A stretch of DNA of 43,077 nucleotides, taken from NCBI RefSeq assembly GCF_018977255.1, contig NW_024705453.1, forward strand, positions 1 to 43,077. Reading direction: 5' to 3'. The notes under the pieces were generated by a model. It was given only the letters and a program-made list of their open reading frames with translations. It did no database searches and had not been told where the DNA came from. Numbering within the stretch: position 1 is the stretch's first letter; every line of letters starts with the position of its first letter. The position numbers and the translations under genes were made by a program. Positions 12,301-24,400 of this stretch are shown piece by piece. Source of the DNA: Callorhinchus milii. Taxonomy: Eukaryota.

Positions 12301-13360
12301 TATCTCATATTAGATGCGGGAGGAAATCAGACGCAGGGACCTCGCAAGGAGGTATCGTGCACAACGGATGATGTGTGCACACGAGGCGCATCTAACTTCA
12401 GGCTAGCGACTTGCGCTTAGTGGTACTAATGAGCGTGAGGCGAAATGACGGCCATTTTGTAGGGCGCCAAGTCGTCACTCCTGTTAGTAGGCCCGCTATA
12501 AGGTATCAGGGATGGCAGGAGCATGTCCATTATCTAGTGTAGGGTAACGGGCCCATATAGCGCATACCAATAGGCTATAGACTGAGGTAAGACCGTCCAT
12601 AGAAGGTTGTGTAGTGCGGAGTGTTTCCCGCGAATAAGACCAGCCGGCAATGGTCGCCCGGGATCATGGCTAAGGGAGTCACCACGCGGGGCTCCACTTG
12701 ACAATGAGTCTAGTCCAGCCAGGCCGTGGTTTTTTGTGAGATTTGCACAGTCAGAGAGTGCCAAGAGCCGCACCGAATTCGTCTTAACCAGTTTTTAGTG
12801 TCGCGAAACGGTAATTGTTTGTGTCACGCCGGTGCATCCACGTGTTGACTCTCAAGGGACTACCCTAGTCGGAAGACCTCCCATATCTTCAGCCGCGTGA
12901 CGCAGGATACATCCTCGTGTGGCTATGAGCTTTCAGTAGGGGTGGTCTGTCCTCACGTGACGAGAGACAAGACGGGTGTTGGGAGCTGGTCGACGATATG
13001 TGAAACAGAAGCCTAAAACATCGAGTTTCCCCCTCTAAACTTAAAGGATCGGACACCAAGTTACATGTCACGGTAAATTAAGGTTGCACAGCTGTGGCTC
13101 ACAAACACTCTAGCCCCCTCGTAGCAATAGATTCTGCTATAGGGGTAACCAGAAAGCCGAGGTTCGTGAAGCCGGTTGATTCAAAGTTGCCACCTGGGGT
13201 ACGACGGGGCGCTTTAATGCTTGTCCCTTCGACAGAATTAATGCATAATTCCGTAGGTTCGGTACACTTATTTGCAAAGTACCGTTTCTCCGGATCCTAA
13301 AGTGACCATCGGGGGTGTCCTTTTGCATGACCATCAATGCGGGATGTGACCTGTGCGAGT
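6324..13360. other. Compositionally foreign, random-like block of about 7 kb
   Basis: By eye, balanced base composition, abundant CpG, TpA and CTAG, and no long homopolymers. None of the window's repeat families occur in it and the longest listed ORF is 114 aa. AT-rich host-like sequence returns abruptly at about 13.36 kb. Confidence 0.8.
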
Positions 13361-15361
13361 TTGAAGAGTTCTTAAAATCATTACACCTTTTTACACTAAT
13401 AAGAAAGCACCGATTTATCAGTGTAACTTTTTATGCATTTAAAACACACTGGGATATAAAAAGTCCTGTTTAATAACATACATTAAGCCAGCAGCAGTAA
13501 AATTGTATTAAGTGCACTCCTTATGCAAAGTGCATATTTCTTTCCATGATAAGCAGTACCCCCATAAACTAGCGACGACCTGTTATTACTACCACGCAGC
13601 TGTAATTTTAATCACGGTAATGCATTAACCACAGACTGTGCATTAATTCTGGAGATACCTTTATAGCAAATTCTTTCCGAGCTTGGGAGGAAGATTTGTG
13701 AGTTCGGTCAATTTTTAAGCAGGGCTCTGCTTACTGTTCCAGTGGCTATGATACTGTGTGAAACTCACACCGACCAGAACACATTGGCGAAAAATGTATG
13801 CACGTGTGGGGCAATTAAAGCCACTCAATCCAATCTAATGGGATATTTGCAAATGTCAGTTCCCATGAGTTGCCCTGTGCCCTCTTTCTCAAGCATCGCC
13901 AAAATACACTCAATAAGCAGCAGCGGCTGGGTTCGCATCTGTAACGAGTGGGACCCTCCCATCTATTAAGGCTGTTAAAATCTCTTTTTTTACATGACCG
14001 GTAAACACATGCAAAATCGGTAAAAAAAAAAACTATTATCGGTTTGCCACACATTGAATGAACAAAACATGTTCACCTTTTAAACTCAGGGATGATAGGA
14101 GCTGCAGTGGTGCGATGGTGAGCACAATGAACTACAATGCAGAAAAAAGTTGCCGGTCTGATTATATCTCCCGGTGCGGCAGTGGAAAATAATTGGGCAA
14201 GTTTCTTAAAATCGCCACCACCTCCCACATCGCATCCGTCCACCAAACAATTTAAAAGTAATTTGATCGGGAGCTCGCATGTGATAGGGTAAAGCATGGG
14301 TTTGTTCACGTCTCCAGCACATGTGTTCAACAAGGAAGAGTGGATAAAATATACTCTAGAGCTCCCTCGAGTGGAGGTCCTTCTGTCAACAGTGGCCTGA
14401 GCAAGCAATTGCAGCGCTGCACCTTTACCTGTTGAGTGAAAACTGAATGCGCCAGGAAAATGTGTACGTTCGTGCATGCGCACTCAGTGCATTCATAACG
14501 AACGTTCCACTGGAAACAATTACCGGCCAATTAATTTTGAAACCAGTGATCGACTCTGAAAATCACTATCGGTTTACCAGTTAACACATGACAAACCTCG
14601 TGTCTTACCCAACGGTGACATCACTTCTCTAAATAAATGCAAACAACGAGCTTGGCAGGTTTGTGACAATGCCGTAAAGCATCACATGAGGAACAAGTAC
14701 AGTTTTGTACATTGTTTAGCATCGCCTTCGGCAGGCAAAACCCAGGTGCTATTTCAAATGGAATGGATATGTGATATTGCCTTGACCGATCACTTTACCT
14801 CGTATTTATACACGACAGCTCAAACTGTCAAGAGTGTACATTTTGCCCCTGCTCAAATAAGCGTTGGTGTTTCGATGCTCATCCACATTGGGGTTGAAAA
14901 TTCCACAATCATTGGTGGGGACCAGTCTCTCCATTGGGATATCAAGCTGTTGACACTGCAGTTAATGAATGGTTGTTACATGTATGGCCATAAGTATCGG
15001 CATGAGCGCGCACAGTGTGTAGGATGCCAACTACTACGCTCTAAACTCAGAAACTCGAGTTTTCCTGTCAGGAATGGCTGAAATCAATACTTAGAAATAT
15101 ACGAAACAGTTCTGGGCCCAACGATTTATCAACCCTCACTGACCACCAACATTACCAAGCATGGTCAAATAACTCCCACGGCGTGCAAAGTGTGGGGAGG
15201 CCCTAATCCATCAGTGGACTGACAAAGGTCTGTACCATGTACATGGATATATTTTCCATATCTGCAAAAGCATTTCTTGGAAGGGACAACATTTACACAA
15301 AACAGGGTGAATAATGAAAAAAAAACATGGACTTGGAAGAACTACTCAGAGATAAAAACGA

Positions 15362-15656
15362 TAAACTAAACTATTCTTTTCCAGGTAAGGCCCACTAAGC
15401 GAGAACACTATTTTTCAGAAGCAACATGGACAAAATGATAGCTCAACAAAGTTGCTTATCATCTGAAAATGTATAGCAGCCAAATACATTAAACGCATGG
15501 TTTCTAAATGTATGTGGAGGGAAAAAACTGGAGGGAAATCCACATGACCAGGGGGAGAACATGCAAACTCCAAATGTACAGCAGGCGTCCATGATCTGGA
15601 TCGAATCCACGACCTCCTCCATACCAGGCGAGGTGGTTTTTCATCTCGCCACCATG
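15362..15656 (-). mobile_element. V-SINE, near full length
   Basis: Same head, V-domain (ggggagaacatgcaaactccaaat on +) and taaactaaact tail as the other copies. Confidence 0.82.
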
Positions 15657-15975
15657 AAAGAGGCAGGACCCAAGGTGGTACGAACACATGCGGTGTATGG
15701 AAGAAAATAGATGGCCAATTGAATTGGGGGATGGGAGGACGAACACCAACAGGCAGCGGACAAACAAGAGCTGCAAAAATGTTGGCAGGAGAGGACTGGA
15801 CAGTGACTTAGGCAGAGAAAAGATGGGGAGATAGGAAAGCGAGATGAGATGTCTGGCAACTCGCCCAGGAAACGCGTAGACAAGGAGTCCAATGCGGATT
15901 ATGACAATGACTTAACATTACAAATTACCTTTGTTAACCTACAAAACTTAGGGAAACATCAACTACAGATTTACT

Positions 15976-16048
15976 CTTCTTCTTGGTTCTTTCGGTAAAG
16001 TCACGTAGAATGGAAATAATAAAATAATAAAAATAAAACATAATAAAA
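15976..16048 (-). mobile_element. Truncated Penelope-like element with 12-bp TSD
   Basis: Reverse complement of the family 3' region, flanked by tacagatttact at 15964-15975 and 16049-16060. Confidence 0.75.
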
Positions 16049-16621
16049 TACAGATTTACTGTAACACTGACACCGACTAAAACTTAACAACATTTCATGC
16101 ATTTTAAAGTGCAGCGCACAGAAGGACGAGCTCAATTCTACACACGGAATTGCAATATTGCTGACAATTCTGAGCAGGGGAGATAAAGTGTGTGCAATGT
16201 AAGCATAAGTATGCTTTGAGCAAGAGCTAAGGTTTGCCCAGTAAGCATTAACGTCACGAGTGCAACAATGCCTCCGTTTTCATGACCACACAGCCAAAAT
16301 CTCATAGCAGACTTTACCTCCCCCGGAAATGCCTTAATAGCCCGTGCTGTAAAGCACTGCCGTGTGCACATCATCACAACGTGCACATTCCTGATGCCAG
16401 CAAGCAAACTGCTGATGATACGCATTTTGAGGTTCAAGAGGCCGTTATCACCAACGGTGGTGTGGTAGTAACGCAGCGTTTTGGAGACACCGGTTTGTGG
16501 ATCACACATACGTGAAAATCGCAAACCCGGTGGGGCTGTGTCACCACCACCCCACACTTCAAACATTTAAATTTAATGCAAACAATTAAGATGCAGCGAG
16601 TGAGAGAGAAAAGCTGTCTTA

Positions 16622-16836
16622 ATAAAATAAAACATAATAAAATAATTCAGACTCTGTCTCCTCGACAGACCTGCTCTCTCCACCTGAGGACGGCTGCTTG
16701 CGTTGTGGCAGAAACGTCGTGAGAATTATTTAATTATGTTTTATTTTTATTATTTTATTATTTCCATTTTACGTGACTTTACCGAAAGAACCAAGAAGAT
16801 GAAGCCCTGCAGTCACGAAAGCTTTAAATCGAAAAA
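16622..16836 (+). mobile_element. Penelope-like element subfamily A with short inverted 5' arm and 13-bp TSD
   Basis: TSD aaaagctgtctta at 16609-16621 and 16837-16849. Hammerhead motif at about 16679-16725 with a C>A change before GAAA. Confidence 0.78.
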
Positions 16837-17730
16837 AAAAGCTGTCTTACTCAGCAGAAAGGCTGAACAAGACAAGGAAGGAACCTAACACTTTGGCCAA
16901 TTTCAGTGTCACCTTAATTACCTATTTTCCATTAGGTCATAATGCCCTAAAACCTTTATGGGGCATCAGTGAGACTTCAACTATTAAACCTGAAAAACTG
17001 CATGGGTGGAAAAAACATTCATGAACCAAAAGGTCACGTGGCCACATGACCTGTGCATGTACTGTGCGTGGGTGTGTATATGGGTATGAGCAGGCTACCG
17101 CTACGCTAACGTTTTGACCACAGCGTACGACTGCATCAGATGCTTATCCCGCATTCTGCACACTGGCACGGAGGCACAGAGGAGCCTGCAGCGGAAATCG
17201 ATGGTAAAGATTAACTCAAAAGCAGAGCCGCAATCTCTGCCACCTCGCCGCTGTAATTCAGGGCAGGAGAGGGTCATATCCTGGAGGACTTATTTCCTAA
17301 GCATACCGACTGTAAATTTTAGAAATATATACTTACACGTTGCAAGCACACACACCGTATTCTGTTTCTCCCCATATGCACGGAAAAACAAATTGCCGAT
17401 GAACAATTTTCCATCGCGGCTTCTATATTATCTAGAATTCCACTGAAAAACAATGCCGTTATGAAGATTACCCAAGCCAATCTCCACCACACAAGCAAGT
17501 CTCACCAGGGCTAGAGTGCTATTACGGTGATGTATGGCACACAGACTTCCCGGCCTATCCAATTTTCAGGTTAAACAATGTCCCCTCAACGGAGATGACA
17601 TTGTAGTGATACTAGTCTGTTGCTTAGATGCAAGAGTGTGTGTGTGTATGGCGGTACAGTGCATATCTGTGCAGCAGTGTAGGAGGTATGCCTGTGTGTG
17701 TGGCGGTGTAGTGATTTGCACACTTGTATA

Positions 17731-18156
17731 ACACTGGTCAACACACTTTTTATGGCATAAGGTGTTCCAACGGTTTTAATGTAATTTTGGGGTGCCGATT
17801 TCAAATCTGGCATCAGTTTTTTAGATATCAAATATTGCATTTTCAATAAAAACTGCAGAAGAAAAATACAAAATAAATGTGGATATCTACATAAAATGAT
17901 ATTATAAACACACTATCCTAAAAATACAGCACCATATTTTAACACTAAAGCAGTCACTGACTCGCAACAACTTGCAATCATAAGTGACAAGAGTTAATTT
18001 CGGGTAAAATCAATGAAAATGGGGTATGCCGATAGCATAAAAATGAGATGTGATAGAGCAAATCTGAGATCAGATTTGGAATCAGCACCCTGAAATTAGT
18101 CTAAAACAGCTGCAAAAGTCCAGGCCAGAAAAAAAAGTTTTTTTGTTGACCAGTGT
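17731..18156. mobile_element. Non-autonomous DNA transposon (MITE) with TIRs and TA flanks
   Basis: Perfect TIR acactggtcaaca (17731-17743) / tgttgaccagtgt (18144-18156) with TA on both sides. Subterminal inverted similarity gggtgccgatttcaaatctg / cagatttggaatcagcaccc. Confidence 0.75.
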
Positions 18157-18205
18157 TATCCTTGCTACAAACAACATCAGTGGCAAGTGACATCTGAAGC
18201 TTGAT

Positions 18206-18520
18206 CTTCTTGGTTCTTTGGGTAAAGTCACGTAGAAGGGAAATAATAAAATAATAAAAATGAAACATAAAATACAATTCTCACGACGTTTCGGCCACAA
18301 CGCAAGCAGCCGTCCTCAGATTAAGAACAGGTCTGTCGAGAAGACAGAGTCTCGACAGACCTGTTCTTCACCTGAGGACGGCTGCTTGCGTTGTGGCCGA
18401 AACGTCGTGAGAATTGTATTTTATAATGTTTTATTTTAATTGTATTATTTCCCTTCTACGTGACTTCACCGAAAGAACCAAGAAGATGAATCCCTCCAGT
18501 CACGAAAGCTTCCAATCGAA
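18206..18520. mobile_element. Inverted pair of Penelope-like units (about 140-bp arms) with 14-bp TSD
   Basis: Arms at about 18203-18340 (-) and 18351-18487 (+). TSD atctgaagcttgat at 18192-18205 and 18521-18534. Each arm has a hammerhead motif. Confidence 0.82.
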
Positions 18521-18537
18521 ATCTGAAGCTTGATAAC

Positions 18538-18675
18538 ATGTCCACTGTGGAGATGGAGCAGTGAACATGAGCTCGTGTGCAGGACATCGGTGGACTGCTG
18601 TTTCGCGGAAGCATGAGAAGGCAACAGCTTTTGGAGGCATTCATCCAGCAGTGGGCAGATTATTGCTGATGACAT
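18538..18675 (+). mobile_element. RTE-type LINE 3' end relic
   Basis: ttggaggcattcatccagcagtgggcagat (LEAFIQQWAD). Related 3'-end motifs at about 453-490, 1586-1625 and 15194-15230 (+), and 19463-19495 and 33533-33580 (-). Confidence 0.5.
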
Positions 18676-20710
18676 TCAATCATCATTCAATATAAGAGAA
18701 AAAAAACAATATTGAACATAACACAACACACGGCGCTGTTAGGAACGAAACGGGCAGTGCAATACATTAATTGGCTGAAAGCTGCATATGGGCACATGCT
18801 GGGTACAAAACGCACCACACATCTGGCTGGGCCCTATCTATTATGGATGACCTCAAAGAAATGCCACATTTATTTAACCCTAGCAACACTAACATCAAGT
18901 GATTTCCGAGCCATAGCAACGCCAGCCCTTACCACCCCCCCCCAATGTATAGTATTAACAATGTATAATGTGCCTTTTCTTTCCCTCGATTTACCTCGGT
19001 AGTTTCAAGGATGGCACCCACCGAGTAACGCTCATATGAACCCAGCAGCCAAATGAAGGAATAGGCAAAGACATATGCCGAATGTGAGAGAGAGAGAGAA
19101 CAAGGAAATAGTTAACATTCAAAATATTGACTCATTATATAGCCTTGCTGAACCCTCAGTTCATTTTCAGGAGGACCCTTCTTGGTAATGTTTGACCCTT
19201 GCATTCTTGAACTGTTTTTCTAATTTATGTATGTAGGGCATGAAAAAGCTGGAGACTCTGGGGGCAAACAACCCACACAACATGACGTGAGAACACTCAG
19301 ACTCGACGCAGTTGTCATGTACAATCATGTGCATGGTCTGATTGGCATTGGCACCTAGCCAATTGTCATTAAATCTGCCATGCAAGCTGCCTTGTCAGAA
19401 GACCCGTCAAACTAGCCGATAATATATATTTAAGATACTCATCGTTAATAGATCACAGCTTTTTATCAATCCACTGATGGAGGTCTTCACCTCCACATAC
19501 TCTTATGGAAAGGAATCTGAATCAGGTCATCGGTTTCATAGCGCAGTGCGCTAACCGCTCAGGCACCGTTCCCACTGGTTCAAAATAAGGAAACATAAGT
19601 GCAGCTTCTTGATAAAATAACGTTTGACTTGCGGGAATTTTTCCACGAACTCACGACATTTTTTGGCAATTTTACACAATGCTGGGGAGTTACAGAACAT
19701 AACATGGGTAACATGGTTGTGACATTTTAACATCACAATTTGCATTTCTATGTTGAACTTCTTTCGCACCGTACGTGGCCAAACGTTGCTAAACTTGGCA
19801 CAAGTTTAAAAGTATGTTTTTTTGTAGAACCATATTTACTGTTAAAAAAGAAAATCGCTAAATCAGCTTTCGTTAACCCCTTGAACTACAGTTTCCATGG
19901 TAGCGTGATGCACACCAACACCCACGCGCCCAAATTTTATGGCTGCACAACACGCAATGGGCGATGCTCACCCAAGCTTCGCTTCGCTCGTTGGTCTACT
20001 TTACGGTTCACACTGCCAGCATTTTATTTCACCTCCTGACGTGCGGCGATCCGAGTGCCCCCTTGCTGCAATTTTTAGCGCCCGCTGGGGTCGGTTGGAC
20101 CCACAACAGATTGCCCCCACCCTGCCCCCCCCGAGCTGCGATAAATGGAACCCTTGAAACAAAAAGCCACGCTTTTGATGACAAGGTCATTAAGAGCGCC
20201 GTGACCCCACGGCACGGCCGTGGTTACTTACAGCCTGTAGGTCGTTCAATCAGTGCCGCGTGACCGCGTACAGTAGAGATGGAAGCATTTTTAAAACTCT
20301 TCGTTCACAACGTGCGTTGCTCATTTGCAATACTGCGATGACGCTATGGTGAGCACTGATGCTAACCAACTGGGAAAGGATAAAGCAGACAATCTTTTTT
20401 TTACAATGATGTCAATGAATAATAATGAACGAGATAAAAGTGGTGGATATGTTTTTCCAAGTCCACTTCTTAACCAAACATTTTGCTGATACCTCATCAA
20501 TATATTACTGTTAGCATTAACAAATATACAATCAAGCCATACAAAGCTTTGGAGCAAAACCTGTTGGCAATTGCCTATTAAACCTGGAATGGTACATTTT
20601 CAATAGTGGGATCAGTAACACCCCCCCACACCCACTGCTTCAGGTACCAATTTTAGGTTGAGTTAACCTAATTTCAGATAACTCATACCATACAGTTGTG
20701 TATACACTTA

Positions 20711-20885
20711 GTTTTTTTCGGTAAAGTCATGTAGATAAAAAAAGGAAAATAAATGAAATCACGACGTTTCGGAGGCTACACAAGCTTCCGTCTTCAGTGG
20801 AACCGTCACAGCAAAATGTATTTTCCTTTTTTCACCTACGTAACTTTACCGAAAAAACCAAAGAGTATGGACCCTTGCAGTCACT
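20711..20885. mobile_element. Penelope-like element subfamily B, inverted plus direct arms
   Basis: Minus-strand hammerhead CTGAAGA-c-GGAAGC-ttgtgta-GCCTCC-GAAACGTC-gtga at about 20759-20804. The + arm ends ...ctttaccgaaaaaaccaaagagtatggacccttgcagtcac. Confidence 0.72.
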
Positions 20886-21209
20886 GACCACGAATCGAAC
20901 CTGGGTGGGTCACTGGGATCAATATACAGCATGCTCAATAGCAAGATGGGTGTCCCACCAAGCACTCGCAGTACGGGACAACGCACATATCACGAATGTG
21001 CTGTCAGCGCAGATATACTTTGCATGGCGACTATTTTAGGAGAGTGCAATTTTTGGAAGCGGGGAAGAGCATACCTTATCACAAATATAATCATCTCAAA
21101 TACAGAACAAGGTTGGATGGGTCAGAGTTTATAACCCCTGACCCCCTGAACATCAGAGGGTTAATACTGAGTACAATCTTTATACAAAATGTTAAACAAA
21201 TGTCCCCTT

Positions 21210-21486
21210 ACACCATTGGAACCTCATTTGCCAATAAAAAAATATAATTGTTTTTTTTACCCTTCTATCTGGCGCCTTTTGGCGTCATCTGGTCCAACCC
21301 GTGTGAGACTAGGCTCTAAGGAAAGCTGTCTCGGGTGTGGACCAATTAACTTCAAGGACAGTGCACATTATCAGTTATGTTTTTTGTTTGCATTATGACT
21401 GCAGGTATTGTGGTCTATGCAAACATGACTCCTTGTAAAAAAGGTGTCAGTTTTGTTGCCAGATAGAAGGGTAAAAAAACAATTAT
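21210..21486. mobile_element. Second fold-back element family, copy 1
   Basis: Inverted arms ataattgtttttt..acccttctatctggc / gccagatagaagggtaaaaaaacaattat. TSD caaat(g/a)tcccctt at 21197-21209 and 21487-21499. Homologous to 41193-41492. Confidence 0.68.
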
Positions 21487-24400
21487 CAAATATCCCCTTC
21501 TCCACCTCAAACATTAATGACAATGTGGCACGAGTTAATGACAGCACCGGATTACAGCAATCGTCCAGTTAAAAGCTACCCACACAACAGGCACACACAT
21601 CTGGCGTGGCCCACTGCTGCCTGATTATTTTTAGTATTTAAAAAAATGTAATGGTGTGTACAGGTAGTGACACCGCCACCTGCTCACCTCACCTCCGCCA
21701 CCTGGTATGGACTCTCTCCATGTGACAGGCATAATGGAGATGTGAGACACGATGATGTGCACACTGTTCCGCACAGAGACAGACATGAAGAGGACGACTT
21801 TTGATGAATACACACGGCGCGCAAATATAGCACAGAAACAAAGTTGATTCACGCCGGCTTTTATCCACCACACGTTTTGGTCATTTATGGCGAATGGAAC
21901 TGCTGCATTGGGTCTCTTCCTCACGTGCACAGCTGTGTAGCGCAACTGGAATTCGTCAAAATAATACATCATACGTGTCAAGCAGTGGAAGAGGGAAAAA
22001 ATCTATACGAGTGCAGCAACAATTGCTCTACACTCTTCATCATCCGTTCGCATTACAAAAATGTTTTCGGAGCAGTTAACTTGAAAAGCAAACAAGACGC
22101 TCAAAAGAGCAGAGGGCAACGTTTATAAGCCCTGCGTGTTTTACTGATGGCGCTTGACACTCTTCTAAAATACTTTGGCAGAAAATTGGTTGTTCAGGAA
22201 TTGCACAAATTTACTTTGTTTTAATGCCGAGCGAAGGACCAGGCCTTGTCACGCTTCAATTGTCTCGCCTTCGAGTTAAAAAGCTCAAGACAGTAATCGA
22301 TCCCAATTGAAAAAACATTTTTTTCAAATTTAGAAATAGGTTTTCAGATCAATGCTCATTGATAAGAGCTAAGTGGAAATAGATTTGTGCAATGAATTCA
22401 GTCGCCAATTGTTTTCTCTCCCCCCCCCCCCCAATACTATATATTAACTTATTTATAGGACTTCTGCAAAAAAATCCCGTCAAAAATTGTAACACAAGGA
22501 AACCAAAGACAATTACACCATACTGGCATCTGAACCCTGTGGGACTTCCAGCATAGACTACACACCGTGACGACGACGAGCCACGTGTCTGGGTGTGACA
22601 TTGATGCCCGAGCTGGAACAATGAATTCTCGCAATTCAGGCTTCCAATATTTTTTTCATTTTTCAACATTGCGGTGAACGGTAGATCTTGGTAGCGTAAA
22701 TCTGGGTACATGTACGCGTCGAAGTGTATTCACTCGTACGCGCATGATAGTATGCTTGAATTAAGAGTTGAAGAATCACTATTAACCGTTGAAACGATAC
22801 TTCAATCTACCCATACTTTACACAAAGTGCTCATCAGGCTTGCAAGCATCTGCGTAATCAGGTAAGATTCATAAAATACAAATGAGCTGAATTAACAAAC
22901 CACTTGCAAGGAATAGTATAGGGTAAAGGAACATGCAATGGACACATTTTGTTCTGCTGGATTAAGATCAACTGCATGCTGCCAAACATTTATAACTGCT
23001 GTTTTTTCCAGATAACATATAAACAATATGTAAAGTGCTTGCAATCAGGGCCTGTGGCGTTAATTACAGAGTATTCGCAAAAAAGTCTGGATTTTATTTA
23101 CAATCTATTGCTGATGATCTATGTAGAATTCCACCACCTGCTTCCCTGCCTGTTCCTCATTTGATTCCTTTACCTACTCCCCTAAAATGCACGTTAGAAT
23201 GCACAGCATTTTTAAATCCCATCGAGTCTGAAAGTTTAAAATGCATTATAAATATCACCATCTGTTGATAAATGGCTCATGGAGACAAATAGCCAATCTT
23301 GTCCACAATTGAACGAGATTTTTCCTTCGCACACCACCGCCAAGCGTAGCGCTTCCGCTGACAAAAAGCCATTTAGCGAAGATGGTAGCCACTTCATTTT
23401 GAAAACGCTAACTTGAGTGGGCCGATTATTAGGTCTCGGAGGCTGTGTAAACTTAATGTTCCATACAGCATAATATTTTTAAGGCAGCGAGAGAGATAAT
23501 ACAGAAGGGGCTGGGATCAGTAACCGGGGAGGAGGAGGAGGGGGGGGAGATTTTAAAACACAAGCATCGCAATGCGTGTAAACGTATCACAATGCGAATC
23601 TGCTCACTGATAGATATTGCCACAGATGAAGGTGAAAAGGGACTCAAGGGATATCTCCAAAAATGCAGAGTGGCGGCAGATAGGAGAGAGCAGCATGCTC
23701 TAGTACCATCTGCCGGGATGGGTCTAACAGCAGCACGATAGGTTACATAATCGTCATGGAGCGCAAGCGGTTGACTGCGCCATTTTTCCTGTCGGCCTCA
23801 AGATTCGTGATGGTTCATTGATTAGCAGATTGACTGCTTAATTTTACACAGGGGAACGGTTACGCATGCGTGCATGCAAAGGGTCGGCAGGGCACTTAAT
23901 GGCCATGACGGTGCAGTGTCCGAATGTTGGTTCAACCTCATTTAGGGCAATACGGTGCAATACCTACCGGGTCGATTCTATCTCACAGCATGGCGCTGGC
24001 ATAACGGTACGGTATGCGGAACAGGGATGCTATGAGAATCGACGTAAACAGCATTTAATGCTACCTCACGGGACGTTTAAACATCGATTGGGGTTGTGTA
24101 GGAGGCAGCATGGCAAGTAGTTGTTATAACCAATATAATAGGAGATTGAGTTATTTCCTCGTAAGTGGCAGTTTTCTCGGGGCGACTGCTTTCCTCCACA
24201 TTATTTTTAATTCACGGACCCAATATCTGACGTAAGCCCCTCGTGAAAAGAGGTTTTAAATTCATAGCGAAGCATTCCCAGGTGAATAAAGAATTATTAA
24301 CATCATTATTATTTGTCAGAAAGCACTTAGACCGGGAAGGGACGTTCCTATATTTTATTTAGCATCCAAAGGCAAGCAGGCTCACAGAATGTGCTCCTCG

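Noticed and set aside
6324..13360. Hidden phage/viral genes, CRISPR-like array or ncRNA cluster in the anomalous block
   Set aside because: No ORF over 114 aa, no recognisable motifs and no recurring repeat unit seen. Matches of about 10 nt (for example ggatccatat at about 8840 and 9463, gccgaaacgt at 6541) are expected by chance in 7 kb.
22225..22755. Possible unclassified transposon segment
   Set aside because: Single copy in the window with no clear termini or TSD.
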